DNA from: Alphaproteobacteria bacterium
Lineage (GTDB): Bacteria > Pseudomonadota > Alphaproteobacteria > GCA-2731375
DNA length: 64,000 bases
Assembly (NCBI GenBank): GCA_965232515.1
Contig: CBDDPY010000002.1
Coordinates: 3,104,001 to 3,168,000 of the forward strand
Reading direction: 5' to 3'
The position numbers and the translations under genes are program-made. Below are positions 56,093 to 64,000 of this stretch, one piece after another. Under the pieces are notes generated by a model. That model was given only the letters and a program-made list of their open reading frames with translations. It had not been told where the DNA came from and searched no databases. Position 1 is the first letter of the stretch, and the number at the start of each line of letters is the position of its first letter.

Positions 56093-56686
56093 TCAGACAC
56101 GATCGAGCGTCTGTACGGCGGCGCGTTTGGCGTCGTTGAGAACGGCGGGTGCGGCGCCGGCGCGGGCGAGCACACGGAGTCCGAAATAGACCGACATCAG
56201 ATGCCGGGCCTGACGGCGGACGGCCGATGTCGAACCGTCCCGGTCTTCGGCGATCGCCGCGGCGAGCGCGGCTTCGAGACGGTCGAGGCTGGCTTGCACC
56301 AGCTTTTCGGCCGCGGGATCGACGGGCGCCTGGTCGATGGAGGCATTGCAGACGAAGCAGCCACGGGGATCGCCCCGTCCCAACCGTTCGTCGATCGCCG
56401 ATTGCAGGAAGGCGTCGATGCGGGCGCGCGGGCGCGTGGCGTCCGACAGATCGCAGACCGCCGCATCGATATGGGTGCGGTCGTAGCGCGCGAGCGACTG
56501 GTGGTACATGGCGCGTTTGTCGCCGAAGGCGGCGTAGAGGCTGCCCTTCTTCAGGCCAGTGGCGTCGACCAGGTCGGCCATGGAGGCGCCGTCGTAGCCC
56601 TTGGTCCAGAACACCGACATGATCCGTTCCAGCGCCGCGTCGGTATCGAACTCGCGCGGCCGGCCCATGGGTTTCCGTTCACGCAT
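56093..56686 (-). CDS. TetR family regulator (NemR/ComR-like)
   Basis: MGRPREFD, SMADLVDATGLKKGSLYAAFGDK, RGCFVCN; start ATG 56686 after AGGAGG. Confidence 0.9.
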   Translation of the reverse strand: MRERKPMGRPREFDTDAALERIMSVFWTKGYDGASMADLVDATGLKKGSLYAAFGDKRAMYHQSLARYDRTHIDAAVCDLSDATRPRARIDAFLQSAIDERLGRGDPRGCFVCNASIDQAPVDPAAEKLVQASLDRLEAALAAAIAEDRDGSTSAVRRQARHLMSVYFGLRVLARAGAAPAVLNDAKRAAVQTLDRV

Positions 56687-56704
56687 GGGTGATCCTCCTA
56701 CTTC

Positions 56705-56793
56705 TTGACCGATTGGTTTAGAATACCCATCTAGTTGCCATCGGCGGCTTCGGCCGCCCTTCATTCGCACTATATAATGACCGATTGATCAAG
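56705..56793. promoter_or_regulatory. Two NemR-like operator boxes
   Basis: TTGACCGATTGGTTTA (56705-56720) and ATGACCGATTGATCAA (56778-56793) resemble TAGACC-N4-GGTCTA; TATAAT abuts the second box. Confidence 0.62.
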
Positions 56794-56799
56794 ATGTAA

Positions 56800-58050
<1,251 letters not shown>

Positions 58051-58071
58051 ACGACGAAACCGCCGGGCGCG

Positions 58072-59091
58072 TCAGTTCTGAACGGGACTGACGTAGCCCG
58101 GCGGTTTGACGGTGACGACCGAGCAGTCGACGCTGTTGAGCACGTCTTCGGCGGTGTTACCGATGATAAAGCCGGGCACGCCCGTCCGGGCGATGGTGCC
58201 CATGACCAGGATGTCGGCGTTCAGCGCCTGCGTCTGCTCCGGAATGACCGTCGTCGCGGGCCCGCGCACCAGATGCGGGGTCAGCGCCACCCGGGCGAGC
58301 GTCGTCTCGCCGAGCCACGTGCCGGCCGAGGCGATCAGGCGGTCGAGCGCTCGCCAGTGTTGCAGCTCGACGTCGCCGAGATAGCGGCGGACGACGTCGT
58401 CGCTGCGGCCGGTATCGGACCATTGCCGCACCAGCCCCTCGCCCGGCGCTTCCCAGGCATGCAGGACGCGCAGCACCGCGCCCTCGAAGAGCGCGATCCG
58501 CGCCGCCGTCTCGATGATCACGCGGTTGAGCGCGGCCTGCGTTTGCGGCTCGCCGGCGGCGACCTCGTCGACATCGACCGCGGCGAGCACCGTCTTCGCC
58601 GGCCGCCGCGCGTCGGCAAGACGCAGCCAGACCGGGCACGGGCATTTGCGCAGCAGATGCTGGTCAGTGCTGGCGAACAGGAAGCGGTGCAGGCCGTCCG
58701 GCGCCTCGGCGGTCTTGACCACGAGGTCGTGGTCCTCGGCCAGCACCTGGCGGATGATTTCGAGGAACGGCTTGCCGCTGCGGATGACGGTCTCGACCGG
58801 CAGGCCGGACGCGCCGCGGGCGACGTGTTGCAGCAGCCGCTCGCGGTCCTCGCCCAGTAGGCGCCGCTCGACCTCGGCGCGCGAAACGGCCGTGAACTCG
58901 GCGAGTTGCGCCAGATCGGACGCCGGCTGCCGGATGGCCAGCGCCGTCAGGCGCGCGCCGCCCGCCTCGGCCAGGTCCGCGGCCAACCGCATCGCCGCAT
59001 CGTTTTCGTCATCGAGATCGCAGATCGCAAGGATGTGTCGAAAAGAATGGACCTTGCCGGCGCGCCCGGCGGCTTGTGGGCTGTCGGTCAT
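58072..59091 (-). CDS. Tandem universal stress protein (UspE-like)
   Basis: DLVVKT, STDQHLLRKCPCPVW, VMGTIARTGVPGFIIGNTAE, CSVVTVKP. Confidence 0.9.
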   Translation of the reverse strand: MTDSPQAAGRAGKVHSFRHILAICDLDDENDAAMRLAADLAEAGGARLTALAIRQPASDLAQLAEFTAVSRAEVERRLLGEDRERLLQHVARGASGLPVETVIRSGKPFLEIIRQVLAEDHDLVVKTAEAPDGLHRFLFASTDQHLLRKCPCPVWLRLADARRPAKTVLAAVDVDEVAAGEPQTQAALNRVIIETAARIALFEGAVLRVLHAWEAPGEGLVRQWSDTGRSDDVVRRYLGDVELQHWRALDRLIASAGTWLGETTLARVALTPHLVRGPATTVIPEQTQALNADILVMGTIARTGVPGFIIGNTAEDVLNSVDCSVVTVKPPGYVSPVQN

Positions 59092-60806
59092 GAGACAAGT
59101 TCCTTCTGACCCTCGGGATCGCCAAGTTCGAGCGGTCGCGGCGCGCGGCCCTCCAGTACCAGCGCCGCGGCTTCCGCGGCGGCGTCGCGGAACGGCAGCA
59201 GGACCAGATCGGCGCCCGCCGCCCGCAATTGCGCCGCCGCGTCCTCGCTGTGGGCCGCGACGGCAGTGCGTCCGCCGAAGCGCAGGTCGCGCAGGCTGAG
59301 GATCAACGACCGCCGCGGGTCGTCGTGCGTCAGACCGGTCTCGTGTTCGGGCACGGCCGAAACCGCCCAGCGCACGCCGCCGAGCGGCAGATGCGCCAGG
59401 AACTCGGGATCGGTAGCATCGCCGAAGATCACATCGATGCCCAACGCCCGGGCGTGACGCACGGCGGTGGGATTGAAATCCACCCCCAGAACGCGGCAGC
59501 CGTCGCCATGCAGCTCCTGCGCGATGGCCGTGCCGTAGCGGCCCAGGCCGAACAGCACGATATCGTAGCCGCCACCGCGCGGCTGCCAGGCGTCTTCTTC
59601 GCCCGACGGCCGGCCGCGCTCGAACGGGCCGAGCAGCGGCTCCAGCCGGTCGTAGAGCTGGTGCGAATAGGTGATCATGTAGGTCGACGCCGCGATGGTG
59701 ATCAGGCCGACGAGCGTGACCAGACCCAGCGCGTCGCCGGCGACATGGCCGATCGACACGGCCATGGCCATGAAAATCAGCGAGAACTCGCTGATCTGGG
59801 CGACCGTCAGGCCAGCGAGGAAGCCGGTGCGCTTGCGGTAGCCCATGGCGCCCATGATCGCCAGCACGATCAGCGGGTTGCCGATCAGCACGAAGGCCGA
59901 GAAGACGATGGCCGGGCCGACGCTGGCGCCCAGCACGCTGAGGTCGAGCGAGGCGCCCAGCGCGATAAAGAAGAACAGCAGCAGGAAGTCGCGCAGCGAG
60001 GCAAGCCGCGCCGCGATTGCCTCGCGGAACGGCGTCGAGGCGAGCGACACGCCGGCGAGCAGGCCGCCCAGTTCCTTGCCGAAGCCGAGATAGTGGCCGA
60101 GCGCCGCGAGCATGGCCGCCCAGCCGATGGCGAACGACACCAGCAGCTCGGGCGACCGCGACAGACGCTCGACCAGCGGGCTCGCGAGGAATCGCACGAA
60201 AAGCGCGATCGCCAATAGCATCAACCCGCCATAGCCGAACACGAGCAGCACGTCGGCAAACGCCGTGTCCGCCGCGGCGCCCACGCCCAGCGCCGAGAGC
60301 ATGATCATCGCCAGCACGACGACCAGATCCTGGACGATCAGAAAGCCGAGCGCGATGCGGCCGTGCAGCGAGTCGATCTCGCGTTTGTCGGACAGCAGCT
60401 TGACGATGATGATCGTCGAGGAAAACGTCAGCGCGACGGCGATGTAGACGCTGGTCAACGCATCGAAGCCGAGCGCGAGGCCGATCAGGAAGCCGAAGAA
60501 GGTGGTGAACGCGACCTGCCCGAGCCCGGTGAGCAGCGCCACGGGGCCGAGCGTGCGCACCAGGTTGAGATCGAGCTTCAGGCCGACCAGGAACAGCAGC
60601 ACGGCGATGCCGAGCTCGGCCAGCAGATCGATCTGCGCGTCGGAGCGGGCGATGTCGAGCACCGAGGGGCCGGCGAGGATGCCGACGGCAATAAAGCTGA
60701 CGATCAGCGGCTGCCGCAGCATCAGGCCGACCGCGCCGACCGTCGCAGCCAGCACCAGCAGCGCCGCGATCTCGTAGAAGAGATAGCCGCTGATCGCCTC
60801 CGTCAT
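59088..60806 (-). CDS. CPA2 cation:proton antiporter with TrkA-N/KTN domain (Kef-like)
   Basis: LFLVGL, FSST, QISEFS, many TM helices, GLGRYG, FGDATD. Confidence 0.9.
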   Translation of the reverse strand: MTEAISGYLFYEIAALLVLAATVGAVGLMLRQPLIVSFIAVGILAGPSVLDIARSDAQIDLLAELGIAVLLFLVGLKLDLNLVRTLGPVALLTGLGQVAFTTFFGFLIGLALGFDALTSVYIAVALTFSSTIIIVKLLSDKREIDSLHGRIALGFLIVQDLVVVLAMIMLSALGVGAAADTAFADVLLVFGYGGLMLLAIALFVRFLASPLVERLSRSPELLVSFAIGWAAMLAALGHYLGFGKELGGLLAGVSLASTPFREAIAARLASLRDFLLLFFFIALGASLDLSVLGASVGPAIVFSAFVLIGNPLIVLAIMGAMGYRKRTGFLAGLTVAQISEFSLIFMAMAVSIGHVAGDALGLVTLVGLITIAASTYMITYSHQLYDRLEPLLGPFERGRPSGEEDAWQPRGGGYDIVLFGLGRYGTAIAQELHGDGCRVLGVDFNPTAVRHARALGIDVIFGDATDPEFLAHLPLGGVRWAVSAVPEHETGLTHDDPRRSLILSLRDLRFGGRTAVAAHSEDAAAQLRAAGADLVLLPFRDAAAEAAALVLEGRAPRPLELGDPEGQKELVS

Positions 60807-60841
60807 CGCGCGACCGCGCTCATCGACCCCCGGTCATATCG

Positions 60842-61861
60842 TCAGATCTGCATGACGATACGTCCGTCGATGCGGCCCTGCTGCATCCGGTCGAAGATGA
60901 CGTTGATGTTGTCGAGGCTGTCGGTGGCGTAATGCGCCGCGACCTTGCCCTCGGCCGCGAACGACAGCGCCTCGGCCAGATCGTTGCGGGTACCGACGAT
61001 GGAGCCGCGAATGGTCTTGCGCATCAGCACGACCTCGAAGATCGGCAGCTCGAAGCCGCCGGGCGGCAGGCCGATCAGGCTCATGGTGCCGCCGCGGGCC
61101 AGCATGCCGACCGCTTGCGCAAACGAGTCGCGCGAGACCGAGGTCACGAGCACGCCCTCGACGCCGCCGGCGCCGCCGATCTCTGCCGCGGGGTCCGTGG
61201 TGGCGGCGTTGATTACCTGATCGGCGCCCGACGCGGTGGCGAGCTTGAGCTTCTCGTCAGAGATATCGACGGCGATGACGTGCAGACCCATGGCCTTGGC
61301 GTACTGCACGGCGAGATGGCCGAGGCCGCCGACGCCGACGATAGCGACGGTGTCGCCGGGCCTGGTCTCGGTCTCCTTCAGCCCCTTATAGACCGTGACG
61401 CCGGCGCAGAGGATCGGCGCGCCCGGCGCGAAATCGAGCCCCTCCGGCAAATGCCCGACATAGCCCGGATCGGCCAGGACGTATTCGGCGAAACCGCCGT
61501 TGACGCTGTAGCCGGTGTTCGACTGCGTTTCGCACAACGTCTCCCAGCCCCCGACGCAATGCCGGCAATGGCCGCAGGCCGTGTGCAGCCAGGGCACGCC
61601 GACCCGGTCGCCCTCGCGCACCGACGTCACGCCCTTGCCGACGGCGGCGACGGTGCCGACGCCCTCGTGACCCGGGATAAAGGGCGGGGTCGGCTTGACC
61701 GGCCAGTCGCCCTGGGCCGCGTGCAGGTCGGTGTGGCAGACGCCCGAGGCCTCGATCTTGACCACGATCTTACCGTCCGCCGCTTCCGGCTTCTCAACCT
61801 CGCGGATATCCAACGGCTTCCCGAACTCGGTGACGACGGCGGCTTTCATGGTCTCGGTCAT
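60842..61861 (-). CDS. adhP: Zinc-dependent alcohol dehydrogenase (AdhP/AdhA)
   Basis: GVCHTDLH, GHEG, CGHCRHC...C, CAGVT, GVGGLG, GSIVGTR; start ATG 61861. Confidence 0.93.
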   Translation of the reverse strand: MTETMKAAVVTEFGKPLDIREVEKPEAADGKIVVKIEASGVCHTDLHAAQGDWPVKPTPPFIPGHEGVGTVAAVGKGVTSVREGDRVGVPWLHTACGHCRHCVGGWETLCETQSNTGYSVNGGFAEYVLADPGYVGHLPEGLDFAPGAPILCAGVTVYKGLKETETRPGDTVAIVGVGGLGHLAVQYAKAMGLHVIAVDISDEKLKLATASGADQVINAATTDPAAEIGGAGGVEGVLVTSVSRDSFAQAVGMLARGGTMSLIGLPPGGFELPIFEVVLMRKTIRGSIVGTRNDLAEALSFAAEGKVAAHYATDSLDNINVIFDRMQQGRIDGRIVMQI

Positions 61862-62083
61862 CGCTTGCTCCCTCCGTGATGGTCTGGTTTTCAAGCGCGA
61901 AGCGAGCTCATATGACTCTCCGCCGCCTCCCTTCCGGCGCGCCGTGTCGTCGACACAGGCGGCGCCGCAGCTTCTTTCACGTCCCGTATTCGGCGACCTC
62001 GCGGGCGGCTAAGAACGGCTTGCGCGACACGCTCGGGTCCAACACGCCACATATGGATGGCTGCAAAGATTTCCATCGATGAT

Positions 62084-62165
62084 TTGATCGAATTCGACGA
62101 CGACTGACAGGCTTCAATCGAAGAATTTCCCATCAACCGAAAAGTTTCTCGCTGATCAGGATCAA
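62084..62165. promoter_or_regulatory. FNR/FixK-like boxes upstream of adhP
   Basis: CTGAT-CAGG-ATCAA at 62152-62165 (one mismatch); weaker CTGAC-AGGC-TTCAA at 62104-62117 and TTGAT-CGAA-TTCGA at 62084-62097. Confidence 0.55.
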
Positions 62166-62192
62166 CGCCATCCGACGTTTGGCGCTGTGCGG

Positions 62193-63722
62193 CTAGCCGA
62201 GCCTGGCCAGGAACCGGGCGGCGCTGTCGCGGTAGGCGGTTTGCTTGTCGTCGGTCATGCGGTCCCAGCTGCGGTAGATCTGGGCGAGGCGGGGGTTGCC
62301 ACGCAGGCGGTCGGCGTTGCGGGCGAGGAAGTCCCAGTAGAGCGGGTTGAACGGACAGACGTCGTCGCCGGTCTTCTGCTTCACGTCGTAGCGGCAGGCG
62401 CGGCAATAGTCCGACATCTTGTTGATGTAGTTGCCGCTGGCGGCATAGGGCTTGGAGCCGAGCAGGCCGCCGTCGGCGAACTGGCTCATGCCGAGCGTGT
62501 TGGGCAGCTCGACCCATTCGTAGGCGTCGGCGTAGACGGCGAGATACCATTCATGGACCTGGGCCGGATCGACGCCGGCGAGCATGGCGAAATTGCCGGT
62601 GACCATCAGGCGCTGGATATGGTGGGCATAGGCCTCTTCTTTAGTCTGGGTAATCGCGGCCCGAAGACAGGCCATGTCGGTCTCGCCGGTCCAATAGAAC
62701 TCGGGCAGCGGCCGGTCGGCGGCAAAGAAATTCCGGTCGACGTACGCCGGCATCTTCAGCCAGTAGATGCCGCGCACGTATTCACGCCAGCCGATGATCT
62801 GGCGGATAAAGCCCTCGGCCGCATTCAAGGGCGCGGCGCCGTCGCGATAGGCGGCCTCGACCCGGCGGCACACGGCGAGCGGGTCCAACAGGCCGGCGTT
62901 GATGTAGAGCGACAGCACCGAGTGGTAGAGGAAGCGCTCGCCGGTCAGCATGGCGTCCTGGTAGTCGCCGAACGACGGCAGCGCCGTCTCGATGAAGTTG
63001 TCGAGCGCAGCCTCGGCCTGCCGGGCGGTGACGGCGAACCAGAACGGCGTCAGGTCGCCGAAATGATCGCCGAAGCGGTCGCCGACCAACGCCAGCACCT
63101 CTGACGTGACGGCGTCGGGTTCGACCTGCAGCGGCCGCGGCATCAGCAGGTCGGCCTTCGCCGGCTTGCGATTCTCGGCATCGAAGTTCCAGCGCCCGCC
63201 CTCGGGTTCGTCGCCGTTCATCAGCAGGCCCGACTTGCGCCGCATCTCGCGATAGAAGAACTCCATGCGCAACTGCTTGCGCCCGGCGGCCCAGTCGGCG
63301 AACTCGGCGCGCGAACAGAGAAACCGGTCGTCATCGAGAATGCCGACGGGCAGGCCGAGACGGGCCGGCCAGGTGTCCATGGCGGCGCGCACCCGCCATT
63401 CGCCGGGCTCGGTGACGACGACCCGCGCCGGGCCGAGCCGCCCGACCGCGCGTTCGACCTCGCCGGTGAACGATCCGGTGTTCCCGTCCGCGTCGAGCTT
63501 CACATAATCGACCGTCCAGCCGTCGTCGCGCAGCGCGGCCGCGAAATGGCGCATGGCGGCGAACAGGAAGGCGATCTTCTTCTTATGGTGCCGGATGTAG
63601 GTCGCTTCTTCCTGGACCTCGACCATCAGCACCCGGTCGCGCCGGCGGTCCGCCGACCGCAGCGACGACAGACCGGGCGACAATTGATCGCCCAGAACCA
63701 GAACCAGATTGCGAACCTGCAT
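62193..63722 (-). CDS. FeS-BCP cryptochrome/(6-4) photolyase (PhrB/CryB family)
   Basis: LGDQL, HHKKKI, WNFDAENR, EGFIRQIIGWREY, MAC, HHIQRLMVTGN, WVELPN, YCRAC, CPFN (four FeS cysteines). Confidence 0.93.
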   Translation of the reverse strand: MQVRNLVLVLGDQLSPGLSSLRSADRRRDRVLMVEVQEEATYIRHHKKKIAFLFAAMRHFAAALRDDGWTVDYVKLDADGNTGSFTGEVERAVGRLGPARVVVTEPGEWRVRAAMDTWPARLGLPVGILDDDRFLCSRAEFADWAAGRKQLRMEFFYREMRRKSGLLMNGDEPEGGRWNFDAENRKPAKADLLMPRPLQVEPDAVTSEVLALVGDRFGDHFGDLTPFWFAVTARQAEAALDNFIETALPSFGDYQDAMLTGERFLYHSVLSLYINAGLLDPLAVCRRVEAAYRDGAAPLNAAEGFIRQIIGWREYVRGIYWLKMPAYVDRNFFAADRPLPEFYWTGETDMACLRAAITQTKEEAYAHHIQRLMVTGNFAMLAGVDPAQVHEWYLAVYADAYEWVELPNTLGMSQFADGGLLGSKPYAASGNYINKMSDYCRACRYDVKQKTGDDVCPFNPLYWDFLARNADRLRGNPRLAQIYRSWDRMTDDKQTAYRDSAARFLARLG

Positions 63723-63784
63723 CTATCGCGCCGCGCCGAATGTTCCTGCCACCCTTCTGTTTAGGGGCAAACCGGCGAATTGGA

Positions 63785-64000
63785 TCACCCGGCCGGGCGG
63801 TCCTTGATCGGCAGGATCGATTTCGCGCCCGGCGCGGTGCTGAGATGATGCTCGAGCCGGCGGCGCGCCAGTTTGAGATCGCCGGCCACGATGGCATCCA
63901 GGATCTGCAGATGCTCTTTCGAGGACTGCACGATCCGGCGCGGCCGGACGAAGCCGCGATACTGGGCGAGACGCCGCAGCTTGTTGTGCTGGGCGATCGC
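63785..64000 (-). CDS. GntR-family regulator, C-terminal FCD part (truncated by the window edge)
   Basis: Translated by hand: AIAQHNKLRRL...EHLQILDAIVAGDLKLARRRLEHHL...stop. Confidence 0.7.
   Translation of the reverse strand, partial: AIAQHNKLRRLAQYRGFVRPRRIVQSSKEHLQILDAIVAGDLKLARRRLEHHLSTAPGAKSILPIKDRPAG

Overview
High-GC (roughly two-thirds GC by eye) chromosomal segment, most likely from an alphaproteobacterium (Rhodospirillales/Minwuiales-like gene content and order; taxonomy is inference). The left part (1-24 kb) is mostly core: a Zrg/PA4064-66-like ABC system followed by exported proteins, pmbA-cysQ, a porin with Fur-like boxes, amidohydrolase, TetR-GNAT, a molybdopterin enzyme, the msbA-DUF374-waaA-lpxK-lpxL lipid A operon, M23-DUF2093-xseA and purD. 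After an AT-rich, palindrome-rich junction at about 24.2-24.5 kb come accessory modules. These are a TetR-hydantoinase-TRAP cassette, a sphingosine-1-phosphate-lyase-like gene divergent from a PotABCD-GntR-amidase operon with twin operators, a LexA-boxed zinc-ribbon microprotein, katB-ankB-oxyR, a DeoR-controlled SLOG plus Ugp-type ABC operon, a glutaredoxin-thioredoxin reductase fusion with NemR-like boxes, an FNR-boxed adh-kef-usp operon and an FeS-BCP photolyase. I found no rRNA, tRNA, intact transposase or integrase, or CRISPR-Cas. All family calls come from motif recognition by eye and no database searches were run.
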